From Eledone cirrhosa (Eukaryota): a DNA stretch of 64,000 nt. The stretch is taken from assembly GCA_964016885.1 (NCBI GenBank), contig OZ024743.1:300762001-300826000 (forward strand), read 5' to 3'. Of the stretch, positions 41,072 to 58,438 are shown piece after piece; within the stretch, counting starts at the first letter, position 1, and each line of letters begins with the position of its first letter. Made by a program: the position numbers and the translations under genes. The notes under the pieces are model-generated. The model was not told the origin of the DNA. It saw only the letters and a program-made list of their open reading frames with translations, and did no database searches.

Positions 41072-44000
41072 ATGGATGTGTTAAGAGTAGGATGTTTGAA
41101 TGCACGTGGCCTGGGCTCAACTTGGAAGCAAGCAAAGCTTCTAAATGACCTCAGGTCATGTAGTATAAATGTAATGGTTATCTGTGAGACTCGAATCAGC
41201 GTCGTGCGGCAGCTGGCCCCCACCTTCGATGACTTTGAGGTGATTGCATCTCTCTGTTAACCTGGAGGTGGGGGTGGGGTTGTCGTACTGCTGCAAAAAC
41301 ACCTGGGTCTTGCCGTACAGGTTGTGCACTCGGACCCGGAGGGTCGTTTGTTGGTGCTAGACGTTGGCAGTAGTGAAAGTACGGCCTTGAGACTGGTCGC
41401 CGTCTAATTCCCTTTCGGAGCTGAACGGTCCGACTTCTTCCAGCGTTTGGAGACTTTTCTTGGAACGTCGCGTTCCCTGCTTCTAGCGGGGGATTGGAAT
41501 GACATCCTGGATGCACGTTGGGACTATGCAGGAGCATGTCCTAATAGAGGGGGGGGGGTAACAGCCTGAAGGGGTGACTCGACCGTTTTAACTTGGTCGA
41601 TAGATATCGACTAGATTTTCCAACTGTGCCTACCTGGACTTGGAGAAACCACAGTGGTCAATCTAGATCGTACTTAGATAGATTCTTAGTTAGAAGTAAG
41701 GATAGGGACATATTAAGCTGTCCAGAAATGCGCACGGTTGGCTACACGGATCACAAATTAGTGACCTGCGTGGTCAATATCGAGAAAACACATAATCAGG
41801 GTCCCGTTTACTGGAAACTTAATTTGTCTTTACCGGCAAACGAGACTTACAGAAACCGGATTAGCAGATTAGTTAAGGAGAGGTTGACGGGTACAATCGT
41901 CAACAACCGATGGTGGGCATCTCTCAAAAGAGAGATTAGAACAGAATCAATAAGTTATAGCAAGACGTTAGCTGCCGATAGGAATAGAAACGAGAAAGAA
42001 TTAACAGGTAAATTAGAAGAGGCAATCAAGAGCGAAGATGTGGCCAGAGTACTGACATCGAGGACGGCCTTGAACCAGTTTTTCGATGCAAAGCACGAAG
42101 GCTGCGTCATTCGAAGTAAAATACGTGCTCTAGGTAATGAGGGGGCCAAAGCCGTTGGATGGGCCCGCGTGACAGAAGCTAAGAGTGGAAATCGATCCAC
42201 CATCCGGTCGTTGCAAGACGAAGATGGACGGGTGATCCGGGAGCCTAAGAAGATGTGCGAGGCCTTTCAAAGGCACTTTGCCCGATTGTTCGGGGGAGGC
42301 GAGGGTCCGGGCGGGGGCGTGGATTTCGGTCCATACCTCGACGGCCTGCCGCATCTCTCGAGCGAAGAGGCAGAGTCCTGCGAGGGACCAATCTCGGCTG
42401 ATGAGATCGGAGATGCGCTGAGCCAATGCAGCAGACGCAAATCTCCAGGTCTCGATGGTATACCTTACGAACTTTATTTAGCAATGCCGGTCTTCTTCTC
42501 CGAACTCCTCGAAGCGGTCTACTGCAATTGGCAGCAGAACGGGAGAATTCCTTGTACTGTAGCAAAGGGCGTAGTCACGCTGGTGAGGAAGGACGAGAAC
42601 AAGGGGGATAGTATAAATAATTTTCGGCCCATAACCCTGCTAAACACAGAGTTAAAGATTTTGGCCAAGGTGTTAGCAAAGAGGTTGGCGCTTGTCGTGG
42701 GTGGCCTGGTGGGAGATGCGCAGACATGTGCTATCCCATCCAGGTCCATTCACGATAACCTCCACCTCATGCGATACATCATAGAGAGGGTTGGCAACAA
42801 ACCCGGCTTCGGTGGGGCCCTGATCAACTTGGATCAGTCTAAGGCCTTCGATGGGGTCGACCATGGTTACCTGGATGCAGTGCTAGCGGTGGCTGGGTTC
42901 GGTCCTGTTTTCAGAGGCTGGATAACTGCCTTACATAGCAACCACATCTGTTCTAGGATCAAGGTGAACGGCTACCTTTCGAAGCCGTTCGAAATCACAC
43001 GATCCATTCGACAGGGGTGCCCTCTCTCCTCCCTTCTGTACGTATTGACTCTCGAGCCTTTACTGAGGAAGTTGGAGTTGTTGCAGGGTATCCCCCTGGA
43101 ACCAGGATTGAGCAAAGCGGTGTCGGCCTACGCCGATGACGTAACAGTAATGGTATCGACCGACTCGGAGATCGAGGCGATCGGTACCTTACTGGAGTAG
43201 TACGAAAGGTTGTCAGGAGCGAAACTGAACCGGGAAAAATCCATCGGGCTGCAACTCGGAACGTGGAGAGGCAGACCGATGCCTCCTGACGGTGTCGTCG
43301 GACACTGGACGGAGGGCCCGGTAAAGTTGCTTGGGGTCTGGTTTGGACCGGACCGCCAGGTGGAAAAGAACTGGAACGAGGTTACGAACAAGGTGGTTGC
43401 ACTAACCCAGAAATGGGCCAAGTGTAAGCTGTCCCTAAAAGGCCGGGCGGAGGTGGCGAACATTTGCATAGCGTCCGTCACTTACTACCGCCTGACTGTC
43501 GTGCCTTGCCCTAAGGAAACACTCACCACCATGGAACGCATGCTCTTCCAATTTCTTTGGAAGAAGCGCCCTCCTATGGTGAGAAGATCCATCTGCTGCC
43601 AACAACCTTCGAAATGAGGGCTGGGGATGCCGTGGTTGATGATGCGTAGGCACGCATTAAGGCTACGGCACGTACAGGTATTCCTCACTGGTCAACCGGT
43701 GTGGGCTCCGTTCGTGAAAAGAGCCTTTCCGAGACTCGTCTCGCTCACCGAGCTACAGTCCTGGGTCAAGCAAAGATCCGGAAAACTGGGAGACTGGCAC
43801 ACTGAGTGTGCTCAGGCGCTCAGGGCTCTCTGGCAAGCGGGACAGGCCATCGGTGGAGAATCCACCTCATCATTCTATAGAGGGCTGGTGGCTAGCTGGG
43901 GCGATGACACCCTTGGAGAGTCGCTGGACATGGAAGAAGACGAACTGGCCAGCCTGTTCGGTAGGACTTTCGGCCCAGGACCAACGGACAACTTCCAGAA

Positions 44001-44511
44001 GTCACTGGCCTGGCAGTGCTACCGGGGGGCTCTACCCGTTCGAGATAGGCTCTACAGACACGGGCGCCCGGGCAGGGATCCCTCAAAAAAGATTTGCCCT
44101 AGATGCGTGCGTCACGAAGAAACCGTTGCGCACGCATTGGTGCAATGTCCGGGCGTGGCTGATCTGTGGGGCTACGCCGAACGACTGCTGTCGCGGGTGG
44201 CGCCGATTAAATTGACCGCCGAGTCCGTGATGACAATCAAACCGCCTCCCCTCTTCACAAAGGAAGCAAAGGCGGTTTTTCTGTGCGTAATAGCCATGTT
44301 GAAAGAGTTTGTTTGGTGGACACGATTGAAAGGTCTGAGGTCAGGCAACTTCCTCTCTGGCCATAGTCTGGTCTACTTCTTCCGATATCACTTCGGAAGA
44401 AGGATAAGAATGGAGAGAGAGGTGCTTGGCCACAGGCAGTTTTATGAAAGGTGGGTGATAGTGGCGAGAATGGCTCGTGTAAATGGGTCTTCTCTGTATA
44501 TCATCCTGTAG
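41072..44511 (+). pseudogene. LINE ORF2 (AP endonuclease, RT, C-terminal zinc finger), disrupted
   Basis: CLNARGL, ICETR, LAGDWN, SYLDRF, TDHK, KSPGLDG, FRPITLLN, LDQSKAFD, IRQGCPLS, AYADD, CPRC..ETVAHALVQC; stops at 41258, ~41405, 43198, 43615 and a frameshift near the G-run at ~41530. Confidence 0.92.
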
Positions 44512-44724
44512 GTAACGAAGAAAAGGAGAGGGGAGCACCTTCTCCATGTGCTCCCCGGGCAAAGGATTGCACACTTTTTCGGGGGTGTGTGCAACCCCCA
44601 TCACGTCCCCTCCCTTTTGAGGTTATTTTCGATTATTTTCATGTTACACCCTTTTTACTCGATTATATGTAAACTCCCCCTTTGTATTTGTCCCTTCTTT
44701 TTATGCCTTTATGGTAAATAAATA

Positions 44725-44799
<75 letters not shown>

Positions 44800-45749
44800 A
44801 ATAATATGTCTCACTAATTAATCATCGAATGTCCAATGAGATATACGATTTAGTACGAGCTATCAAACGATGCGGCGGCACATTAAGCGGTATACATTTA
44901 TTGGGGATAAGCGTGTATGTTATGCTATCAACGGCTTAGCCGCTACCGTTATTGTATCTTATATTTTTATTTCTATTCTCATACAAACGTGTATATGGCA
45001 CAACTGAATCCACATTTTAAGATGTAATCTACCAAAACTAAGTATGCCGCACTACAGTTATTACAGTTACCCAGATAAACACACCCACTCACAAACACAC
45101 ATAATAGACAACCAGACACATATATATATACATACATATCCATAATTTACAATGTTTTTATGAAGTGATTTGAAATGCAAATTATGCAGCTACATAAGCA
45201 TATAATTCAAGCAGGGATTCTATCTATATATAGGAAGAATATATATATTTTGGAAGAAAATGTGGAACAACCTGACAGACCATTAATCAGAGTTAATCAA
45301 TCTTACATCGATTGAGCGATAGGAAAGAGAAATCTGTGTGCGCTTGTGCGTGTGTGTGGAGTGAGAGAAAGTAGAGCAAAAGAGAGTGAGGGTGAGGCCA
45401 AATTAATCATAATTCTGTAAAAATCCCATGCCTTTATTTATTTGATTAATTCATCAAAATTCTCCATATATGTACGGTTATGTAAATTATAACGGACTAG
45501 TTGAGCTCTCTCCATGGACATGAAGTGGACATTACTTCTCAAGTCAAGCTCTGTGAATGTTAAAATATAATCAGATTGATTTTCTATCATTTACGCACGG
45601 ATGCATAAACCTGTAGTGTAACCACACACATTAATTCACAAAGCGAACAAAATGCTACGTGTTTATTAAACGGTACCAATTAGGTTTCAATTTTATACGG
45701 AGTAATGTAGCAGGATAATATATACAACAACCTCTATATATTATATATT

Positions 45750-47043
45750 TACTTCTAGGCGCCTGAAAGGTAGATCACAAGTGAACTTGTACGCGATAAT
45801 AATTCTGAGTCCCGAGAAAAATATATACTAATGCTAACTCTAAAAGATCTAAAACAAGCTACATGAAAGTTCGTACGAAGTAAAGGTAGAAAACGGAAAA
45901 ATAAATTCAGAATCCAACCCGCCCAAAAGAAAAGCGAGGAAAGAAATACTGAAACGAAAGAATAAGGCATAAGTGCCACTAAGAAATATAGAGGGCACAG
46001 AGAATAGTGGGAGCGGTCGGAAAAAGGGGACAAGTATCCGGGGTCTAAACCAACTGCTATAAAGGGCGGAGTCCGCCAAATCTATCATAGACTAGGGGAG
46101 GGGGTGGGGGTCCTAAGGCTACAAGGGGCCAAAGGGCAGCCTCGGGTGGGCGAGAAAAGACGCCGACAAAGGAGAAGAGCTGGGGTAGAAGGACTAAGGA
46201 GAGAGGGGGGAAGGAAATAAAGGAAGCGATAAAAGAATACAAAGAAGATCTTACGTCTCCCTTGGCAAGCAGGGGTTACCCATTGCAAAATCGGCAAGTG
46301 GGGTGTTATAGCCCTAGTCTACCCCCGCCCCGGGTCATTATGGGGTTTGAGGGCGAGGTAAGTCCTACGCAATCTATGTTTACATGCAGTAACCAGTTCA
46401 TCTTTCTTGTTTAGGAGTTGGTCCGTCGAAAACAGCATTAGTAAAGTTTCCTCCGAGCATAAATTGCACGGACGGCGTCCTCCCGTGTAAGAATTGGCTC
46501 TGGACAGTAATCTCCAAGTGAGATCATAGGTGATGTTGTTGTCCTTGAGGTCCCATATGCGGCCCGAAAGTGTAGTGGCGTGACGCCGGGCCGGGTTTCG
46601 GAAGGTATGTCTATGTTGGTATAGCCGGGTCTTGAAGTCACATGCGGTAAGTCCTATATAGGCTATGTTGGAGATATCCGTCCTCACGTTGCACTGGTAG
46701 ATCACATTACGGTCTCTGCATCTATTGTCGAGTGGGCAAATAGATCTATCCGGGCAGTTACACCTCCTGGTCGGTTCTCCACTGCTATTTAGGTTATTTC
46801 TGCCATCGGGGTTGAGTTTTTTGTTGTTAGAGGAGACGATGTTTTGTGCGAAGTTTGGTGTAGTGCTGTAAGAGAGTTTGATGGTATTTTTGTTAATTAT
46901 GTTGTGGTAGCGGTGTTGTAATGGAAAGTGTTATTCAATGAGCCTAAATAATAGTTTCCCGATGGGAGTTGTCACCTCTGCGTTGTGGGGAGGATTGAAC
47001 CATGTTACAATGCGTGAGCGGCGGTGTCTCCTGCTGGTTCCGC
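45750..47043 (-). mobile_element. 5'-truncated PLE (linker, GIY-YIG, tail)
   Basis: VTWFNPPH...IKLSYST, CNC..CP..CR, VIYQCNV..AYIGLT..RLYQH..CNLCSEE..LLNKKDE (ORF ends 46319). Confidence 0.88.
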
Positions 47044-47089
<46 letters not shown>

Positions 47090-47255
47090 AATATATATAT
47101 AATTTATTCCTCTTTATAAACGGAACAGAAGAGATAACTAAGTTTTCAAGTCCCAATATAAAACATATCACATTTATATATATATATATACACCCATATA
47201 TATATATATATATATATATACACCCATATATATATATATATATATATATATACAC

Positions 47256-47778
<523 letters not shown>

Positions 47779-48120
47779 GTGTATATATATATATAAACAT
47801 ATATATATATATAGTGCTATTTGGACGGGAACAAAACGTATATATATATATATATATCTTTTTTTTCGTCTATGGGTATGAGATTATACGTAAACCAAAT
47901 ACACATATTTTATGTATTCTTGTACTTATTCACATGTATACAATTTCGAATTTGCTTTGTTACCAGATACAAGAACTCCAATTGTAGTTCGGAAGATTTA
48001 TGTCAAGGTGTGAAACATAGGTAACTGGATCACTATGAATATTTCTATAATGCCGCTGAAAAGATTAACTCAATTTTATGTTAAACTCTCTGATAAAGAG
48101 ACATGTATACATACAGCATA

Positions 48121-48216
<96 letters not shown>

Positions 48217-48509
48217 GTATAAATCGATGCTGTAGCCGCAATAGAGCAGATACTAATCGAATTCTTTCAGACCATTCACAAAGCCTTCGATGATATGAAA
48301 ATATAATATATTTTCGTCCAGTAGGTGGTTTTTCATGTGTGCCTACATGAAAAACCACAAACTGCGTATGGCCATACGTTTGCGATAACCACGATAAAGA
48401 AAAACACAAACACACAGACACACACTAGACATATATATATATAGATATATATGTATATATATATATATATGTATATATGTATATATATATATATATATAT
48501 AAATATATC

Positions 48510-49705
<1,196 letters not shown>

Positions 49706-49734
49706 CTGTGTGCCTGTGTGTGTGTGTGTATATA

Positions 49735-52700
49735 AACCAAGAACTAAAAAACAATACGGACATAATAATTAAGGAAGCGGACAAGGGATGTACTGTTGTC
49801 ATTATGGATGCTGAAAAATATAAAATTTCTATGTTCTCTCTCTTACAAAATACTAATTAATATGAAAGAGTAAAAAACTAAAAAACTAACAGCAATCAAA
49901 AACAATGACCAGATTAAACACACTGATTTGTCGATACCAGTAAGACTTAACTAAAAAGGAACGCGATCATTTAACACATGTTGAATACAAAACCAGCAAC
50001 CTTTACGGGCTTCCGAAGATCCACACGTGTAAAATAATTAACGATGCATGTAAACAATCCACCTCACCCTGTGTGAACACACAATACCCCACAGACCTTA
50101 AATTAAGACCAATTGTATCGGGCCCACAATGTGAAACACACAGACTGAGCAACTTTATAGACATCCTACTAAAACTAATTCTCAAACAAATACCAAACCT
50201 TGTAAGAGACGATCTGGACCTCTTAAACCACCTCCCCAAACATGTCAACGACGACACTGTTATTGTGTCTTTCGATGTAGTGAATCTCTATACGACGATC
50301 CCACACCAATACGGACTAGAAGCAATAGGATTCTGGCTAGAGAAATATCCCAATGAGATACCTGGCAGAATAGAAAAAAGCTTCATCACCGAGGGATTAA
50401 AATTCATCTAACAGAACAACTTTTGTATTTCGATGGCAGTACTTTCAAGCAAATATCGGGGACTGTGATGAATACAAAATCCGCTCCGACTTATGCCAAC
50501 TTAGTCATAGCATACTTAGAAGTCCAGATATATGAAAAGTCCAAATCAAAATACGGATTGAACTTCCACAAATAGTTACCAGAGAATTCGAAACGCTACT
50601 TGGATGATTGTCTCATTCTTTGGTCCAGCATACGCGACCAACTGAATGCTTTCAAAAACGTAATAAACGGCATCAATAACCACATCCAATTCACAATGGA
50701 ATACAACCAAGATCAACTCCCATTTCTGGACATCTTAATCTTAAAAACAGACACAAATATTGAAACTGACATACACTACAAACCAACAGATTCCAAGCAA
50801 TACCTGCTATTCACCTCCAACCATCCAAAGCACAAGAAGACAAACATTCCTTTTAACCTAGCAAGAAGAATTTGCACAATTGTCTACAATTATGAAACGC
50901 GAAATAAAAGACTTCAAGAATTAAAGGAAATTCTACTCGAAAGAGAATACCCACCATTACTAATAAATAATGGAATAGAAAGGGCTAAAGCAATAGGCAT
51001 TGATGAATTATGAAAGCAGAAACAAATTCAAGGTACGTCCAATATTCTATCTTATATCTCAACACACAACCCAAGAAATGCGGAAGCTTACAACACTATT
51101 CACAAGAACATCCCACTACTAAAACAAGACCCAATAATGAAAAAAGACCTTGAAACACACAAAGTAATCAAAAGCAAAAGACAACCGAAATCACTGAAAC
51201 CATTACTCACCAATGCCAAATTACCTACCACAAAACCACAACCAACTGTCAAAAAATGTGGTCGCTCTAATTGTGGAAGCTGCACTCACCTCATTGAAGG
51301 CAACACGTATACATTTAAATCAGGACAACATTTTGCTGTAAAAAATCACTTCACATGCTCATCATAAAATCTGCTTTATGCCATTAAATGTAAAGGATGC
51401 AATGAAGTTGATATACGTCAAACTAAACTCACACTCATAAACAGAATAACAGTTCATCGAGAACAATTACGAGATCCAACCACGAGACATATACCACTAA
51501 GCGCACATCTAGACATATGCGCAAGTAATAAGACACCCAAATTCCAAGTCTTCCCATTTTACCTTTGCGCTAACAATACAACAGAACAAATACGAATAAA
51601 TAAGGAAAATATGTTTATTCAACAATATAGACCAGCATTAAATATGGTGTCAACACCATAACATGCTAACCATCCAAAATGACACATACACACACACACA
51701 TAACACCTGCTACTTTAGAAAATAAAAACCCGAACTAAATAAACCTTAACATACGTTTGCGCTGACAATACAACAGAACAGATACGAATAAGTAAGGAAA
51801 ATATGTTCATTCAAAAATATTCCTACTAAAGGAATCATTTTCCTACACACACACACACAACATAGATATATATTCTCTTCATCTTAACATGCAAACCATA
51901 CGCCCACACACACATAAACCTATACATACACATAACAAATCACACACAACTCCCTCCTCATTTCTTCTAATAGATTCACTTTCCTACACACATATATAGA
52001 CACACACACAATATATATATTCTCTCCATCTTAACATACCCCCCCCCACACACACATAACACACATATACACACACACATAACTTCCTCCCCCATTTCTA
52101 CTAATAGAATCATCATCCAATACAACCCACACACACACACAAGCACAGAAATAAACATACATATCTTTACTTTCAATACAAAATCTGAATTCTGACACCC
52201 CAGCTATCTAACCATATTCACTGAACCAGAATAATTCTCCCATCCCATTTCTCTTGACCATTATCTTTTGCTTGTCATAAAATTCTCTAAGAAGGCTACA
52301 GAATCGATTTCAAAATAAGGGCACGAAATTTAATGAAAACTTGTTCACGTGACATCCATAATTTCATTTATAACCAATCAAATTACGTTTATTAAAAAAA
52401 AGCCTTCGTGAGCCCCCTTTTTTTAAGTAAAAAGAAATTCAGACACTCATATATGAAAAAACAACCTGAGCCCCTATGTTTGTGAAGAACTTTGTAACGC
52501 AAACTGGCGCGAAATTTATTATAATTATTGACCAACTAATCAAATTACTTCTCTAAAAACCTGGCCTTTTGAGCCACTTTTGTCAATATAAAACAAGTAA
52601 CATTCAAAGACCAACCAGTTGTAAGAAAAACCACAGACCCTCCATCTCAACTCTACTTTTGAAAAGCAGAAGAACTGCGAAACCGGTAACGGAACCCAAT

Positions 52701-52770
52701 AAATATATAAATATTTTTAAAAAATAAGACTCCAGTTGCATTTTCGATTTCATCTTTTTTTCTTTATATA
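49735..52770 (+). mobile_element. Decayed PLE: RT plus GIY-YIG (49737-51660) and 3' tail with family-A HHR
   Basis: IIIKEADKG, YGLPKIH, LRPIVSG, SFDVVNLYTTIP, RYLDD, LPFLDIL, SNHPKH, KCGRSNCGSC, LLYAIKCKGC; several stops and frameshifts. Confidence 0.9.
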
Positions 52771-52992
52771 TATATGGGTTCTACAGAAGTAGAACTGCTT
52801 CATTTGGAGGAAATCATCAGGAAACCATCAGCAAATCATCAAGGCTTTCCCGATTTTTTCCTCCGAATTAAAACAGTTCAAGTCCTGTAGAAGCCATTTC
52901 TATATTAAATAATTATATTCTGCTATGTACTGAGTACCTCACTTACTGTGGTTACCCCGTATTAAATACAGGATGTATATATATATATATAT

Positions 52993-53041
<49 letters not shown>

Positions 53042-53329
53042 ACGGTACCGATAGAGTGAGTGAGAGAGAGATAGAGAGATAGAGAGAGAGGGGTGGAATG
53101 AGGAAATGAAGTAGATGCATAGATAGATAGAAAGAGGAACACATAGGTAGATATATTTATTTATTTTTATATAGGCATATAGAAAGAAAATTACTAATCA
53201 ATTAATCTGTATTTATAGATATTTATAAATTTGTGAGGTTTTCGGGCTGTAGTGAATCTCCACGGTTTCCCTCACGTCTGAATATCTTTACAGTTACAGT
53301 ATTGATACACTGCTGATCTCCTAAATCCT

Positions 53330-53830
53330 ATCATGTAAGCAACTTCTGATGAATCTAAATTGCATCTAGAAGCGATTACTATCCTTAAGGAGTCTGAGGT
53401 CATCAGAGGAATTAAATAGCTCCAAAGAAACAACGGCTCTAGGGTCGATAACATTCTACCCGTGATGTTTAAAACCTAAAATTAAGAATTTTACTCTCAC
53501 TGACTCGCATGTGCTTGGTAGGTCTCAGAAAAGTAAATAAGGCTTGTAAAAATAGACACATTATCGAATTATATATATAAGGGCACAGTACAGTGCAGGT
53601 TAATTATACTATGGCGCTAAGTAAAATTGTTAACAATCTTAACCTTGTTCTCGTTGATGAGGATGGAAGGTTCCTCGTAACATTTACCAGGTACTGGTTG
53701 AAACATGAGAGTGAATTTATACAAACTGATTATCTGAACAAAGCTTTGATTTACTCTGACAATTTGCCAGTGAAAGACTGCGTAGCAATGCCAGTGTTTG
53801 AGACCAGCTCAAAGACATCGACGTAGAGGA
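53330..53830 (+). mobile_element. Decayed LINE ORF2 fragment
   Basis: ILKESEVIRGIK*LQRNNGSRVDNILPVMFK resembles the pre-RT EV..AI..L...K..G.D motif. Confidence 0.4.
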
Positions 53831-53973
53831 GATCGTACATAAGATCTTAATGTACTTTTTGAACGTGCTTTAAATATCATGTATGTATTTTTTTCTGTTT
53901 AATGTACAACTGCACTGTAATTCAGTAATAATCCAGACAGAGATATGCGAGTTATATCTGGACATATTTTACA

Positions 53974-54042
<69 letters not shown>

Positions 54043-54044
54043 TA

Positions 54045-54175
<131 letters not shown>

Positions 54176-54617
54176 GTAATCTGAGTTTTTCGAATATAAA
54201 TTATAATATTTGATTCGTTTTCAATTGTGCAGTGACGCCTCTTTTAAGCCATGTCAGTAGAATGAGTCCCTCATTCTTGCTCTTTTTTAGTAATTATTTA
54301 TTATATATATACTGTGTGTGTATATATGTATGGGCGGTATAATTGTGAAGGAAAAGATAAGATGACTTGATTATGGTTAGATTTGAAAGAGAGAGAACGT
54401 GTAAGGATATATAAGTCAGATAGAGATATAAAGAAACAAAAGCACATCGGGGATATTTTAGAGCATCTGAATTCAAAAGTGAGAAATGCATGATAGTCTG
54501 AATATATACTATGCCAAAGGAGTTAAGCAAAATCACTTAAAGTAAAGGCAAATATGAACAAGAGCAACCAAATATGGTGAACAGAAAACATGGATATATA
54601 CGCACACGCACAGACAG

Positions 54618-54654
<37 letters not shown>

Positions 54655-54744
54655 AAATATATATTTATATGTATATATATATATATATGTATATATATAA
54701 ATTATATATATATATGTAAATATATATATATATATATATAAATA

Positions 54745-54775
<31 letters not shown>

Positions 54776-54806
54776 TGTATATATATAAATAATATATATA
54801 TATATG

Positions 54807-54837
<31 letters not shown>

Positions 54838-54924
54838 GTATATATATAAATAATATATATATATATGTATATATATAAATAATATATATATATATGTATA
54901 TATATATATGTATATATATATATT

Positions 54925-55091
<167 letters not shown>

Positions 55092-55139
55092 CGTTTCTGA
55101 ATTTGTTTAGCAAGATTCTTTATCTGAAAACGTGTGTTG

Positions 55140-55835
55140 AAACCGATATTGTTATACTTTTGGAGGGTCATGTTGCCAATAAGAAACACCCGCACCATTT
55201 GCTTTCATTCAATTTATTATAATAAATTTATAAGTTTAGCAATTTATAAATTTCCGATTGGTTGGTTGGTTCCACAACCAGATGGTTGTTTATATATTGT
55301 CAAAGTTATTTCGTCACACATTCTGTGTGTTTTCATTTTGTCCTTAATTGGAATTTGTGATGTTGCTGTTCCACTCATGTTTTCTATTTAATTTTGGTTG
55401 TAATTCATTTATCTTTATTGCCTCTGTGATTTGTCTAAACATTGCGTCTTTTCTGTGTATATATTCTATTTTTATTTCTATGTTCTCTAATTTACCCTTA
55501 TGTTCTATTTTAGCATGGTGGTAGAGTACAGATGATTATTTACTATCTTGAAGCCCTCACCAGTGTTCATTTATCCATTCCCCTATACTACGAGCTGTCT
55601 CACCTATGTACCCTATATTTTTATCTCTACATTGTCCTTCAGTCAATGAAGAGATCACAGAATGTGTGACGAAAGAACTTTGACAATATATAAACAACCA
55701 TCTGGTTGTGGAACCAACCAACCAACCGGAAATTTATAAATTCCTAAATTTATAAATTTATTATAATAAATTGAAGTGACAACTGGTGCGGGTGTTTCTT
55801 ATTGGCAACATGACCCTCCCAAAGTATAACAATAT
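55140..55835. repeat. Foldback element with ~190-bp inverted arms and HHR-like motif (family M, 55642-55684 +)
   Basis: 55146-55327 inverted to 55655-55834; gtca-ATGAAGA-gatcaca gaatg tgtgac-GAAA-gaac-TT^tgac. Confidence 0.75.
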
Positions 55836-55851
55836 ATATATATTTATACAG

Positions 55852-56410
55852 AGAGATATCCACGGTAAGTTGTAAGGTCTAGTCTGCATGAAGAACTCAA
55901 TGTAATCCATATGTTGAAAATGCTGTAGGTTAAAATAAATCCCGGAAAACAATAAAACACTAAAAGGAAAACAGAGTCATGATATAAGTTAAAACAATGA
56001 AATAAAAAATCCATTGTGATGCAGGAATTACATAAAAAAAGACCTCAACTAAATATTATAATCAATTATGAAAAAATATATTGATTATAATATTTAGTTG
56101 AGCTCATTTTTTATCTAATTCCTGCATCACAATGAATTATTTATTTAATTGTTTTAACTTATATTATGACTATGTTTTCCTTTTAATGTTTTATTGTTTT
56201 CCGGGATTTATTTTAACCTACAATATTTTCAACATATGGATTACATTGAGTTCTTCATACAGACTAGATCCCACAATATACCGTTGATATCTCTATGCAT
56301 TTTGCTCCTTCAATATATTTTTTCATAATTGATTATAATATTTAGTTGAGCTCTTTTTTTATCTAATTTCTGCATCACAATGAATTTTTTTTATTTCATT
56401 GATTTAATTT
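55852..56410. repeat. Palindrome of a ~245-bp unit plus a partial tandem copy
   Basis: 55852-56065 inverted to 56081-56294; 56329-56410 repeats 56081-56162. Confidence 0.85.
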
Positions 56411-56534
56411 ATATATATATATTCGACGGCTATTTTTGGACGTCCAGAAAAAGCCGTCGAAACGGATTGAGCTCTGCCTTCGGGGTCCTGAATATTTTCT
56501 TATATATATATATATATATATAAAACTTTATTAG

Positions 56535-56597
<63 letters not shown>

Positions 56598-57128
56598 CGT
56601 TATTAGATTCAATAAACGCACACAAAGAGACATTTAGACACACATGTATACAGACACACGGATACTCACACGGACAGACCCACATATACTAATTTATCAT
56701 TGAAGAAAAATAACATAATTTATTTAATTCTGTTTATGTATATCCAACGATTGATTATATTGACTTCATGCGAAGTTAATCTATTGAATATATTTCCAGA
56801 CCTATTCACAATTTGCTTTATTTATTGTAATATAAAGCATAATATTCTGTAATTTGAGGGATATCATTGTTATGTTTAAATTATATATTTCTGTGTAATA
56901 TAATTCATGCATAGCAATGTTTGCAAATTCATGCATGCGTGCATATATTAACAGTATGGCCTCTATGATTTCTGATGTATATACTCACGCAATAATTTCC
57001 CTGTATCAGTATGCATTCTGTATCCGTATAATCAACATAGAATATTCTGAAAGGTCATATCACAAATTCCTTGGAGTGGAGTTTAACACCGAATTAATTT
57101 TATTACCTATTCGATGTCCTTTCCTGAT

Positions 57129-57199
<71 letters not shown>

Positions 57200-57218
57200 A
57201 AATCATATATATATGTAA

Positions 57219-57249
<31 letters not shown>

Positions 57250-57255
<6 letters not shown>

Positions 57256-57354
57256 TGCGGATACGAGTGTGTGTTTGTGTTTTGTATATGAGTCAGAATG
57301 TTTCTGCGTGTGTAAAAATTGTAATTTGCGATATTCGTATTTTATAAAATCATA

Positions 57355-57411
<57 letters not shown>

Positions 57412-57432
57412 AAATCATAAATATATGTAAAT

Positions 57433-57503
<71 letters not shown>

Positions 57504-57613
57504 GTGTGTATGTATATGACTTTATAAATTACAAATATCGCAAATTACAATTTCTACACGCGCAGATACATTCTGATTCATATACAAAACACAAACAAAC
57601 ACTCGTATACGCA

Positions 57614-57620
<7 letters not shown>
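57250..57620. repeat. ~110-bp inverted arms around a (TA)n spacer
   Basis: 57252-57360 is the reverse complement of 57508-57617. Confidence 0.8.

Positions 57621-58437
<817 letters not shown>

Positions 58438-58438
<1 letters not shown>

Larger units (their letters stand above)
38929..44727 (+). mobile_element. Near full-length Tx1/L1-clade non-LTR retrotransposon
   Basis: ORF1 with zinc knuckle, ORF2 APE-RT-CCHC, short 3' UTR ending (AAAT)n, (TCTA)n on both flanks. Confidence 0.93.

Noticed and set aside
47982-48030. CGGAAGA...GAAACataggta possible HHR
   Set aside because: Core mutated, stem II poor and stem I out of register
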